64,000 nucleotides of DNA, from the NCBI GenBank assembly GCA_038893995.1, contig JAWAQK010000005.1, forward strand, positions 1-64,000. Reading direction: 5' to 3'. The stretch's first letter is position 1, and every line of letters begins with the position of its first letter. The translations under genes and the position numbers were made by a program. Below, piece after piece: positions 40,761 through 49,924 of the stretch. A model generated the notes under the pieces. The model searched no databases, was not told the DNA's origin, and worked only from the letters and a program-made list of their open reading frames with translations. Source of the stretch: Candidatus Thorarchaeota archaeon. Lineage in GTDB: Archaea > Asgardarchaeota > Thorarchaeia > Thorarchaeales > Thorarchaeaceae.

Positions 40761-41957
40761 GTGGTCGTATATCGTGAGTATGTTGAAGGAAGTACGGCAT
40801 TCATAAGTGCAGATATAGACTACTACACTACTTCAGTGCATCATCCCACCTCCGAACTGCCGATCTTTTACAACCCCCGCATGAAGGTAAACCGTGATCT
40901 GTCCGTGCTTGTGCTCGATGCTATTGGTTCCCGCAAGGAGATCCATTCGATCTGTGAACCATTTGGTGGGTGTGGAGTAAGAACACTGAGGTATCTGAGG
41001 GAGTGCAGAGGTGATTTCGTAGCTCATGTGTTCGACATCAATCCTGTTGCTGTTGAAACCATCCGTCAGAATGTTCTGCGATACGACCTGCAAGATCGCG
41101 TCCGAATATTGTCTGGCGATGCAAGACGTCTGCTCATGGACGAGTCTCGTGGACGAGGCTTCGACATGGTTGACGTGGATCCATTTGGCTCCCCAGCACC
41201 ATACTTGCCCTACGCCGTCCAATCAATTGGACCGAATGGTGGTCTCGTCGCAGCTACTGCAACAGATATGCCGGTCCTATGTGGTGTGTATCCGAGAGTT
41301 GCTCTCAGAAAGTACGGTGGGCTCTCCATTCGCGCCCCCTTCTCCAAGGAGATAGCCATCAGACTCCTCTTCTCTCTCCTGTTCCATGCTGCAGGCATGG
41401 CTGACATGTCCATACGTCCATTAGTGAGTCTGAGTGACGCACACTATGTTCGGATCTGGGCCTGGGTTTCACGCAGTTGTGTCGAAGCGAATACTTCTTC
41501 TAAAGAGATTGGTATTCTGCGCTATTGCGACAAATGCATGAGTGTAGAGAAGATCCCCCTGTCGTCATTGGGAAATCACAGTCCTGAGCATCGGGATGGC
41601 TGTTCTCATTCACATCCCAGAATTGCTGGTCCTATTTGGCTAGGTCGCCTATGGAACCGTGATCTCATCGAAAACATCCTGACACTAATGGGCCGTCATG
41701 AATCAATCGTTTCTGACGTGCAACCTCTTGTGAAACTTCTATTGGAAGAAGAAGAACTGTCCGACATGCCGTATGTGGACATCCATTCAGTGTGTGACAC
41801 CTACGGCTTGGTGCCTCCTCCGATGACTAAGGTTATCAATGCGTTGAGGGACCTTGGCTACAGGGTCTCTCGGACTCACTTCAGTGCAACGTCCCTTAGA
41901 ACGGATGCGGAGATAGGAGACTTGGTCCGTCTCATTGAGCACCTGAATGGAGGGTGA
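40761..41957 (+). CDS. trm1: tRNA (guanine26-N2)-dimethyltransferase
   Basis: FYNPRMKVNRD, DVDPFGSP, TATD, GPIWLG, SRTHF. Confidence 0.95.
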   Translation: MVVYREYVEGSTAFISADIDYYTTSVHHPTSELPIFYNPRMKVNRDLSVLVLDAIGSRKEIHSICEPFGGCGVRTLRYLRECRGDFVAHVFDINPVAVETIRQNVLRYDLQDRVRILSGDARRLLMDESRGRGFDMVDVDPFGSPAPYLPYAVQSIGPNGGLVAATATDMPVLCGVYPRVALRKYGGLSIRAPFSKEIAIRLLFSLLFHAAGMADMSIRPLVSLSDAHYVRIWAWVSRSCVEANTSSKEIGILRYCDKCMSVEKIPLSSLGNHSPEHRDGCSHSHPRIAGPIWLGRLWNRDLIENILTLMGRHESIVSDVQPLVKLLLEEEELSDMPYVDIHSVCDTYGLVPPPMTKVINALRDLGYRVSRTHFSATSLRTDAEIGDLVRLIEHLNGG

Positions 41958-42583
41958 ACGGCGCAATGGGCCGGCCTCTTGATGAACGTCGGAAGGAGCA
42001 TTACTACCGCGCTGCAAAGAAACACGGCTACCGAAGTCGATCCGCATACAAGTTGAAACAGATCGCAAGACTGCACGGACTTCTGAAAGGTGTGAAGAAG
42101 GTCTTGGAACTCTGTAGTTGTCCAGGCGGATGGACTCAGGTGCTGAGAGAAATGGATGAATCGCTACAGATAGTCGCGGTCGACATCGAGGAGATGCGCG
42201 AGATAGAGGGGGTCGTCTTCATAAGAGGCGATATAACTGACCTCCAGACACAGTCTGAGATTCGACGGCTCACCGGCGGCTCAGTTGACTTGATACTATC
42301 TGACTGTTCTCCCAGAGTTTCTGGCAACTGGGATCTCGACGTGGCCAGACAGTTGTCTCTGGCCGAAACAACTATGATACTGGGAACCTCATTGCTCCGA
42401 CCAGGAGGCCGAGTACTTGCAAAGGTGTTTCAAGGACCTGGGTTTCAGAATTTTCTCGAGTTCGTGCGCTCCAATTACGGGTCGGTGAAGCTGATAAAGC
42501 CTGACGCTTCTCGGAAGACTAGCGCTGAGATATACGTACTTGCTTCGAATCCTACTAGAAACAGCAATACTGGCATATACTAG
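41954..42583 (+). CDS. rlmE: 23S rRNA 2'-O-methyltransferase RlmE/FtsJ
   Basis: GYRSRSAYKL, PGGWTQ, SD.SP, KVF, SR..SAE. Confidence 0.95.
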   Translation: MNGAMGRPLDERRKEHYYRAAKKHGYRSRSAYKLKQIARLHGLLKGVKKVLELCSCPGGWTQVLREMDESLQIVAVDIEEMREIEGVVFIRGDITDLQTQSEIRRLTGGSVDLILSDCSPRVSGNWDLDVARQLSLAETTMILGTSLLRPGGRVLAKVFQGPGFQNFLEFVRSNYGSVKLIKPDASRKTSAEIYVLASNPTRNSNTGIY

Positions 42584-42780
42584 CTAGCCCCAAAGCTCAT
42601 CAGCCATTCCTCGAGTTTTCTGCACGAGAGCGGCGAATCTGTCTGTCGTACTCCACATCTGGCCAATTTCACGCAATGGAAGCACGGACATCCGTTGAGG
42701 TCTGATAGCCCGCCTTCTGCAGTTTCTGTGATGCTGTCTCGCAAGATGAACTTCATCTCATCAGTTTCTGTTTTCTGCAT
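42580..42780 (-). CDS. Stand-alone RPC34/TFE-beta-type Fe-S domain protein
   Basis: PCFHCVKLARCG....SPLSCRKLEEWL; GAGGG before ATG 42780 (alternative start 42798). Confidence 0.7.
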   Translation of the reverse strand: MQKTETDEMKFILRDSITETAEGGLSDLNGCPCFHCVKLARCGVRQTDSPLSCRKLEEWLMSFGAS

Positions 42781-43030
42781 AGTCAAACCCTCGGACATCG
42801 TTCGTTTCCATGAAAGTCCATGAATTGAGGCACAGTCATTCTCTTGATGTGTCGCTGTTTCACAGACTTCCAGTACCGTTTAACGCATCGTCACTGATCT
42901 CGCTGATATCACACCATACGCACAATTGTTCCAACATTGCACGGACGCATATTTAGTATTCGGAAGCGGTGTTCCGACCACAACATCATCCTATATGATG
43001 ACCTATTCCAGTGTCCATGCCGTATTATCA

Positions 43031-43270
43031 TTATGAAGGTCTTCTCATATATAAGTACAGCGTTTGACCAATCAGCTTGGATGTCCTCTCGATCTCCTGG
43101 GGACGAATCGCCACATATGGCCTCTTCACTGGACCAAACACGTCTACAATACGACCCACATTCCTAACATCCTTGTCCACTACTACTGCGCCAACTGGCG
43201 GTGTCTTGTCAGTCTGCACAATGATGTGTCCCTGTTGGCTTATGTGCAGTACCTTGCCGAGCCTTCGCAC
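43031..43270 (-). CDS. gar1: H/ACA RNP protein Gar1/Naf1
   Basis: RLGKVLH, VGRIVDVFGPVKRPY. Confidence 0.92.
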   Translation of the reverse strand: MRRLGKVLHISQQGHIIVQTDKTPPVGAVVVDKDVRNVGRIVDVFGPVKRPYVAIRPQEIERTSKLIGQTLYLYMRRPS

Positions 43271-43273
43271 GGA

Positions 43274-43633
43274 CTATCGCCTCCTGGCGCCCCTATTTCT
43301 TCCTGCTCGTTTTTCCTGCGCCTTGTTTTCGCTCACTCGACTCGCCACTATCTGGCGGGCTGCCTTCGCCAACATCAGTATTACTCTATTCTTCTTGTGT
43401 CCTCTTGGGTTGGTGATCACCAAGCGTCCTCGACCACTGAACCAAGTACGGGGATAGGCCTTGTCCCCCTCAACCCTTGCCTCGAGTCCTATGGTATCTG
43501 CAGCCTCCTTCAAGAGATCAGCTGTAGGACTTGGAACTGCAAGCTTGGCAGCAATTCGTCTTCCCTCGCTTCTAGTAAGGTTCTGGTCAAGGTAGGAGGG
43601 CCAAACAATCATCTCTCCCAAACGACGCTTCAT
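43274..43633 (-). CDS. srp19: Signal recognition particle protein SRP19
   Basis: WPSYLD...RSEGRRI, KAYPR. Confidence 0.95.
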   Translation of the reverse strand: MKRRLGEMIVWPSYLDQNLTRSEGRRIAAKLAVPSPTADLLKEAADTIGLEARVEGDKAYPRTWFSGRGRLVITNPRGHKKNRVILMLAKAARQIVASRVSENKAQEKRAGRNRGARRR

Positions 43634-43749
43634 CGATTCCCACCCGAGATGTATTTTCATGCTAGGTATCGTTTGAAAGACGTTTTAAGTTGTCCTGTTG
43701 TCACTTGGAGTAACCACCAACCTACTAACGGGGTGGAGGGCACTGAGAA

Positions 43750-44235
43750 TTGCCTCGCAAGAGTAAGGACATCTATTTTGCCGAGATAGCCGACCTTGTT
43801 TCATCTCGAAGCACATGTCTCAGAAACCAGGTCGGTGCGGTCTTGGTGAAGAACTCCCAGATTCTATCAACAGGTTACAACGGAGCCCCCAGAGGTCTCA
43901 GACATTGCGAGGATCTGGGCTGTATCAGGGAACAGTTGGGCGTAAGACCCGGCGAGCGTCATGAGCTCTGCAGAGGGCTTCATGCCGAACAGAATGCACT
44001 CATCCAGGCCGCGTATCACGGAGTGAGTGTGGCTGGTGCAACTCTTTACTGTACGACAAAACCATGCAGCATCTGCACCAAGATGCTGATCAACGCGGGT
44101 GTACGGGAAGTAGTGTACTTGGAGGATTATGATGACGAGCTGTCAGACAAGTTGATCCAGGAGTCTGGTATCTCGCTGCGGAAACTAGACCTGAGGCGTA
44201 GGTATGGCCGGAGCGGTCAGATTTCGGATGAATGA
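43750..44235 (+). CDS. dCMP deaminase family protein
   Basis: RSTCLR, TGYNGAP, HAEQNA, PCSIC. Confidence 0.93.
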   Translation: MPRKSKDIYFAEIADLVSSRSTCLRNQVGAVLVKNSQILSTGYNGAPRGLRHCEDLGCIREQLGVRPGERHELCRGLHAEQNALIQAAYHGVSVAGATLYCTTKPCSICTKMLINAGVREVVYLEDYDDELSDKLIQESGISLRKLDLRRRYGRSGQISDE

Positions 44236-44293
44236 TCGCAGGAAAGATTAAAGTAACTGACAGCAGCGTCATTGTCAGAAAGGTGCACTCCCG

Positions 44294-45223
44294 ATGGCAA
44301 GGTTTCGAAACCTCATCAGTATTCTGGATCTCACACGGGAAGACATCGACCTAATACTCGACCGCGCGCATGAAATGGAAAACGTCTCCGCCAAACGCTC
44401 GGGCATTCTGGGCGACAAGATCATGGCCTGCCTGTTCTTCGAACCCTCCACGCGGACCCGCCTGTCATTTGAGAGTGCGATGTTACGATTAGGCGGAAAA
44501 GTGCTGGGATTCGCAGATGTTGCTGTGTCCAGCGCAGGTGGAAAAGGCGAAACCCTCGCCGATACAATACGCACGGTTGAGCGTTATGCCGATGTGATAG
44601 TCATACGGCACCCACTTGATGGTTCAGCACGGCTGGCCGCTGAGTTCTCAAGTATCCCAGTGATCAACGCCGGCAGCGGGTCTGAGGAACATCCGACCCA
44701 GGCGCTCTTGGACCTCTATTGCATAAAGAAGATCAAGGGCCGAGTTGATGGTATCAGCATCTCACTGTGTGGCGACCTGAAGTATGGACGGACTGTGCAC
44801 TCTTTGGCCATGGCCCTCTCGCATTACGATGTACGTGTCAAGCTGGCATCTCCACCAGAACTGCGTATGAAACCGACAATCGTCGAGGAGATGAAGAGTG
44901 CTGGCATCCAGGTTGAAACTGCGGATAGTATCGAGGATGCGGTAAGGGATGTAGACGTCGTATACATGACCCGTATCCAGAAGGAGAGGTTCCCCGATGT
45001 GCGAGAGTACGATCTGGTAAAGGGGAAGTTCCGTCTGAAGTTGAGTGACCTGTCTCTCATGCGAGATGATACGATCATCCTTCATCCGCTTCCAAGAGTT
45101 GATGAGCTAGACCCCGCTATCGACAATACACGTCACGCCAAGTATTTTGACCAGGTCTCGGCAGGTGTTGTCACCAGAATGGCGATACTCGACCTCATTC
45201 TGAATCCCGAAAGAGACTCTTGA
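44294..45223 (+). CDS. pyrB: Aspartate carbamoyltransferase catalytic subunit
   Basis: FFEPSTRTR, HPTQ, GDLKYGRT, HPLP. Confidence 0.97.
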   Translation: MARFRNLISILDLTREDIDLILDRAHEMENVSAKRSGILGDKIMACLFFEPSTRTRLSFESAMLRLGGKVLGFADVAVSSAGGKGETLADTIRTVERYADVIVIRHPLDGSARLAAEFSSIPVINAGSGSEEHPTQALLDLYCIKKIKGRVDGISISLCGDLKYGRTVHSLAMALSHYDVRVKLASPPELRMKPTIVEEMKSAGIQVETADSIEDAVRDVDVVYMTRIQKERFPDVREYDLVKGKFRLKLSDLSLMRDDTIILHPLPRVDELDPAIDNTRHAKYFDQVSAGVVTRMAILDLILNPERDS

Positions 45224-45926
45224 GCTCTCTTATCATCTGGTCAAGTGAGTCAATCCTGCTGATGGCCAATGGGATTCTCATCTGTTCTGACAGCTCCAGG
45301 GCCAGACGGTCAACGGTCTCAGTTCCGTGAAGCACTACCAGAGTGGGTTTGAACTCCTGTGACTTGATCGCAACCATGGGCGCCCTGCCAGTGTTCACTC
45401 TCGTGAAGATCAGGCATCTCTCTGTTGTTGCCCCAAAGAGCTTCAGGAAGTCATCACTGTTCAGTTCTTTGACGGCGCGTTCTACATCTATGACCGTATA
45501 CCCGTACACGGGCCTATCCAGGTATGCTTGACCTGCAAGAACGTCGCATTTCAGTCTTTCACAGAACTCTTTCGAGGAGAGTGGTGTGTTGAAGTCTCCC
45601 ATGGCGAGAGCAATATTGAGATCCACTAGACTGACGTCCATCAGCCTAAGGAAAGCACTGGTCACTTGCCCACCGGTCCTACTATCGAGTGCGAGGAGCG
45701 CTGTCACGAAGCGTCTAATTGTTCCTGTGCCCGGCGACTTTCTCCTCCCCGACTCGTAGTCGCTTATCACGCTTGGACTTATCCCTAGATACTCCGCCAG
45801 TGTTGTCTGCGGTATCCTAAACCTCTCTCTCCATGCGCGCATTGTCTGACCTGGTTCATCAGACAGTGCGATTGAACCAGCAATCCTCTTGGCAAGTCTG
45901 TCCCTGATGGACGTCTCCGTCGACAC
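45195..45926 (-). CDS. XRE-type HTH transcriptional regulator, COG1709-like (paralog 2)
   Basis: WRERF...SPSVISDYESGRRKSP; TGRAPMVAIK. Confidence 0.87.
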   Translation of the reverse strand: MSTETSIRDRLAKRIAGSIALSDEPGQTMRAWRERFRIPQTTLAEYLGISPSVISDYESGRRKSPGTGTIRRFVTALLALDSRTGGQVTSAFLRLMDVSLVDLNIALAMGDFNTPLSSKEFCERLKCDVLAGQAYLDRPVYGYTVIDVERAVKELNSDDFLKLFGATTERCLIFTRVNTGRAPMVAIKSQEFKPTLVVLHGTETVDRLALELSEQMRIPLAISRIDSLDQMIRELKSLFRDSE

Positions 45927-46094
45927 ATTGATTTCTAACCCACCATGTTAGATAAGCATTTCGACTATTGTCGATGTGTGGTATTTCATTGTCCGTCCAG
46001 AGAGATCTCATCCTGGATGGCTGATACATAAGGATTCATCAGACTGCTGCAATCGACTCTGGCAAGACATCACGTGGGAGAGAAAAGGAATTGG

Positions 46095-46264
46095 TAGCGG
46101 GTGGTCGAGTTTCAGCCAGCTGAACTTGTCAGGCTTGCCTTTGAACGACCGATCTCGGGGTTTCCCAAGCGGAGCTCAGTTGCATCCGCAGTTATGAGCC
46201 CCGCGGGATAGATTGCCAGCAGCGTGGATCAGATCCACACGACTCCTGGCTTCCCCAACCCGCT
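46095..46264 (-). tRNA. Initiator tRNA-Met(CAT) with three introns (46213-46244, 46162-46192, 46109-46139), CCA encoded
   Basis: AGCGGGT/ACCCGCT acceptor with A1-U72; GGGA/TCCC D-stem; CGGGG-CTCATAA-CCCCG; GGTCG-TTCAAAT-CGACC after removal of three BHB-flanked inserts. Confidence 0.92.
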
Positions 46265-46359
46265 GACTATCTTTCAGCTCGGGATGGGATAAAAGGATTT
46301 TCGTAAGAAGTTTCAGCGCATATGACCCGTGCCGTGAGATTAGCATCTCTTCTCTGACG

Positions 46360-46848
46360 TCACAAGGCCTTTCCTTGAGCTTGGCCGACAACACTTGAAG
46401 GGAGTGCTCTCACGATGCTTTCCAGCAGGGACGCAAAGGCAACCGAGGCTGTGGCTACCTCTCTGCTGATACTGCCGCTGATATCATCATTTAGATTGTC
46501 AACCAGGACCTGAACCATCTGCTCAATACTCACCAATCCCCTCAACCAGCAGTAAGCAATTATCGCCTCGTAAGTGTCGGCCGCCTTTCCGACGTCCGTT
46601 CGCTTTCCAATACTCTCGTAGACACAACTCGAGCGAATTGCTCGCGCAAGAATGATATCCCGCACCCTCTCTCCATGCAACCGACCGAGAACCAGTGACT
46701 TCGCCACCGAGTAACACAGGTTCACAATGCAGTCGCCGACCTGGGCCAGTCCAGTGTCATTAGTGATTTCTCTGAGAGTCTCATGACGAGTCAGATCGTA
46801 CAACATGCGAACCGCACCAGTCCATGATGGATCGGAGTATAGTGTCAT
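46360..46848 (-). CDS. Archaeal mini-RNase III-like protein
   Basis: LAQVGD.IVNL.YS and AD.YEA..AY.W; downstream of rpoL. Confidence 0.8.
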   Translation of the reverse strand: MTLYSDPSWTGAVRMLYDLTRHETLREITNDTGLAQVGDCIVNLCYSVAKSLVLGRLHGERVRDIILARAIRSSCVYESIGKRTDVGKAADTYEAIIAYCWLRGLVSIEQMVQVLVDNLNDDISGSISREVATASVAFASLLESIVRALPSSVVGQAQGKAL

Positions 46849-46859
46849 GCAGATTGTAA

Positions 46860-47138
46860 CTATTCCTTCCAGCTGTTCACGAACTCCTTTCTGAACTCCT
46901 CTACACGTGCCAGCATCTTCTCAAGCGCCTCCCGTAGTACGGTCTTGGCTTGATGATCCCTCGTCCTGAGCGTAAACACAGGATTGCTAAGGAGAGGGTG
47001 TTTCAAAGCGTAGCCCGCGAATTCTACACTGGGCTCTTCGAGAAGAGTCCTCCGCAACAGGTTGCAGAACGAGTGTCCCTCTCCCACTATCTCAATCTTC
47101 AGATCATAGTCGCTGCTTTCAATCAGGTTTATCTTCAT
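46860..47138 (-). CDS. rpoL: RNA polymerase subunit Rpo11 (L)
   Basis: GEGHSFCNLL, FAGY..KHPL. Confidence 0.95.
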   Translation of the reverse strand: MKINLIESSDYDLKIEIVGEGHSFCNLLRRTLLEEPSVEFAGYALKHPLLSNPVFTLRTRDHQAKTVLREALEKMLARVEEFRKEFVNSWKE

Positions 47139-47142
47139 GTTT

Positions 47143-47901
47143 CTACCTCCTCTTCAGATTACTTCTCCTCAGATGTGAATCTCTGCGAGTCGACTCAGGT
47201 CCCACTCTTCTGGAATCCACAGTTGATCGTCTGTCGCGCGAGACAGGACGTCCTGCCGACGGCCTTTGAATACTACCATATGTACGATGCCTTGGTGCAA
47301 GGTCCGGTCTTGGTTCTATACCAAACCAGCGACCATAGTCTGAGGCAACTTCCCTTGTCTCTCTGTTGTCACATGCTAGACACGCCAAGTTGTTGTGTGT
47401 GGTATGAACCAGCTCGTGGCCGCACTTCCTGCACTTTGCATAGATTACTCCAAGATCAGGACCAACAAGACTGAGCTCAACAGGAATCTTGTGAGTCGTC
47501 AATACCATTGCCCTGACTATGTCTCCGACTGCTATCACGTCATGCATAGACTTCACATAGCGCCTGGTCACATTGGCAATGTATACTTCCCCGAGCCAGG
47601 AGTTGTGTACATCGATCTCGTTTCTTCTGGCAATTGCAATCTCCGCTCTCTGGTCATACACACTGGAAACCTCTCCTATGACAATGTCCCCCTTGAGGGG
47701 TAGCGCCAGCTTTACTCTTCCATCCGTGTTCAGCACCTGAATGCTTCGTGCCTTCATGTCCATCGACACTACGCCGGCGGTCGCTGCAAAGACTGCCCCA
47801 TCATGCTCGTATGTTCCGAAGCTTGGCATGAGTTCCTCGATGACGCAGAGTCTGTCTCCAGGGACCACAACATCACCGTTCCTAACGTTTGCCAATGACA
47901 T
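47143..47901 (-). CDS. csl4: Exosome cap subunit Csl4 with R/S-rich tail
   Basis: VVPGDRL..IEE, GDIVRA, LGVIYAKCRKCG...CLAC..RETR. Confidence 0.93.
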   Translation of the reverse strand: MSLANVRNGDVVVPGDRLCVIEELMPSFGTYEHDGAVFAATAGVVSMDMKARSIQVLNTDGRVKLALPLKGDIVIGEVSSVYDQRAEIAIARRNEIDVHNSWLGEVYIANVTRRYVKSMHDVIAVGDIVRAMVLTTHKIPVELSLVGPDLGVIYAKCRKCGHELVHTTHNNLACLACDNRETREVASDYGRWFGIEPRPDLAPRHRTYGSIQRPSAGRPVSRDRRSTVDSRRVGPESTRRDSHLRRSNLKRR

Positions 47902-48520
47902 CACTCCTCTCTATCCGATAGAGATCGACCTCTATCGTGTGTATGCTCTTTTGGTGGAATTCGTAAAGATGTCCTATTGGAAATCTCAATGTTTCCACGT
48001 GTGTCACTCTGCCACCCATCTCCACTATTGCTTGGGTAAGGAATCTCCTGCTCTTCTCGCTGGAGAGATGGAAGCTGTATGTCACTTCCGCCACTGAGAG
48101 AGCCCTCCTCAGGAATCTGAGGTCTGCACCGCGGGTCTTGACGCCGAAGGGCGGATTGGACAGCACGGTATTCGCAGTCTGACGAATCTCAAAGGATGAT
48201 ACGTCAGCGAGTATCCATTCTGTGACACCTTCTACACCAAGTAAGTCGGCGTTTCTTCGTGAAACCTTTAAGGCTTTGGATTCTACATCGACACCGAGGA
48301 CCATCTTGGCCCCCATCAATGCTGCTCCCAGCGCGAGTATGCCATTTCCACAGCCGAGATCGCATACAGTCTTCCCTGTTATGTCTCCGTGCTGGACCTG
48401 AGCTGCGTACACAACCCTTGCTGCAATAGTGGCTGGAGTAGGATACTGCTCAAGTCTGACATCAAGATCAGTCATCGGATCGATTGACTGCAACAGCATC
48501 TCGAGATTCTTGAGTCGCAT
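47882..48520 (-). CDS. METTL5-family N6-adenine methyltransferase
   Basis: LEQYPTP, DLGCGNG, NPPFG, FH. Confidence 0.92.
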   Translation of the reverse strand: MRLKNLEMLLQSIDPMTDLDVRLEQYPTPATIAARVVYAAQVQHGDITGKTVCDLGCGNGILALGAALMGAKMVLGVDVESKALKVSRRNADLLGVEGVTEWILADVSSFEIRQTANTVLSNPPFGVKTRGADLRFLRRALSVAEVTYSFHLSSEKSRRFLTQAIVEMGGRVTHVETLRFPIGHLYEFHQKSIHTIEVDLYRIERSDVIGKR

Positions 48521-48606
48521 GAGTATCCGGCCTCTTCACGGACGTGAGTGGGATCAAATGACGTACCTAGGTAATACCCATCCTTATGACCTCTTCACAC
48601 TGTCTT

Positions 48607-48650
48607 CTCCAGTGGAAGAAAGACTATTACCAGGTTCGTTTCCAGTGGAG
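48607..48650. promoter_or_regulatory. Inverted pair of mini-ORB-like Orc1/Cdc6 boxes
   Basis: CTCCAGTGGAAG (+, 48607-48618) and CTCCACTGGAAAC (-, 48638-48650) immediately upstream of cdc6. Confidence 0.65.
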
Positions 48651-48659
48651 TTGACATAA

Positions 48660-49907
48660 ATGGAAAAACCCCTTGACAAGCTATTCGACAAGTTTCTTCA
48701 GGGCCAGGCGATATTCAGAAACAGAAATGCGTTGCGACCAACCTTCGTCCCTGACACACTGCCCTTCAGGGAAGAACAGATGGCCCGGATTGCGTCCATA
48801 CTCGGACCCGCCCTCAGAGGGGCCCCCCCTTCAAACATACTCTGTTACGGCAAGACAGGTACGGGAAAGACTGTAGTTGCAAGGTATGTCCTGAACGTGC
48901 TCGTCGAAAAGGCGAAGGAAAGTGGGGTGAAGGCCCCTATCGCGGCCTATGTCAACTGCCGAATCGTAGGTACGAACTATCGCGTACTCAAGCGTCTTTG
49001 TGACCAGATCGATGCGACAATGCCAGACGGGACAGAGGTTCCATTCACAGGGCTTCCTACGGATGAGATTCGCGATCTCCTGAAGAACAAGCTCGACGAG
49101 GAATCAAACATACTGACGGTGGTCTTGGATGAGGTGGATAGCCTTCTCAAGCGAGATGCCAGCCAGGGTAATGACATACTATATGGCCTTACTCGGATGA
49201 ATGGGGAGCTCGAGAACAGTAGGATATCCATAATTGGAATAAGCAATGATCTCAAGTTCAAGGAGATGCTTGACCCTCGTGTCTTAAGCAGCTTGGGTGA
49301 GGAGGAGATCATATTCCCCCCATACAATGCCGTTGAACTGAAGGGCATTCTCGAGCAGAGAGTGAAGATGGCGTTCAACCCAGGATCGATCGCAGACGAG
49401 GGAGTCATCAATCTTGTCGGTGCGCTAGCTGCTCAGGAACATGGTGATGCAAGGCGTGCCCTTGACCTCCTCAGAACAGCTGGGGAACTTGCAGAGAGGA
49501 GGGGTGAAGACAAGGTGACACAGGACCACGTTCGTGAGGCTCAGAAGATCCTTGAGCGCGATAGTGTTTCTGAAGCTGTCAAGACGTTGCCAATGCAGTC
49601 AAAGGCTGTCCTGCTGGCGGTCTATGCGCTAGTGGGCCGGGGTCACCGTGACATAATGACCGGCGAGTGTTTCAATGTCTACACTGACATTGCAAGGAGC
49701 CTCTCAATAGACACCCTCACACAGAGACGCGTATCAGACCTGATATCCGAACTCGACATGCTTGGTCTCATCAATACGACCGTGATATCAAAGGGAAGAT
49801 ACGGTCGTACAAAGAAGATTCGTCTGGCAGTTAGCAAGAGCCAGATTGGGGCCATCCTCGAGGAAGATCCTCGTCTAAGCAAGCTTGCAAAGACGTTGGT
49901 TCCCTAA
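48660..49907 (+). CDS. cdc6: Orc1/Cdc6 replication initiator
   Basis: GKTGTGKT, LDEVD, LDPRV.SSL, FPPY, GDARRALD, winged-helix SKGRYGRT. Confidence 0.97.
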   Translation: MEKPLDKLFDKFLQGQAIFRNRNALRPTFVPDTLPFREEQMARIASILGPALRGAPPSNILCYGKTGTGKTVVARYVLNVLVEKAKESGVKAPIAAYVNCRIVGTNYRVLKRLCDQIDATMPDGTEVPFTGLPTDEIRDLLKNKLDEESNILTVVLDEVDSLLKRDASQGNDILYGLTRMNGELENSRISIIGISNDLKFKEMLDPRVLSSLGEEEIIFPPYNAVELKGILEQRVKMAFNPGSIADEGVINLVGALAAQEHGDARRALDLLRTAGELAERRGEDKVTQDHVREAQKILERDSVSEAVKTLPMQSKAVLLAVYALVGRGHRDIMTGECFNVYTDIARSLSIDTLTQRRVSDLISELDMLGLINTTVISKGRYGRTKKIRLAVSKSQIGAILEEDPRLSKLAKTLVP

Positions 49908-49924
49908 ACGATTGAGAGATCAAC

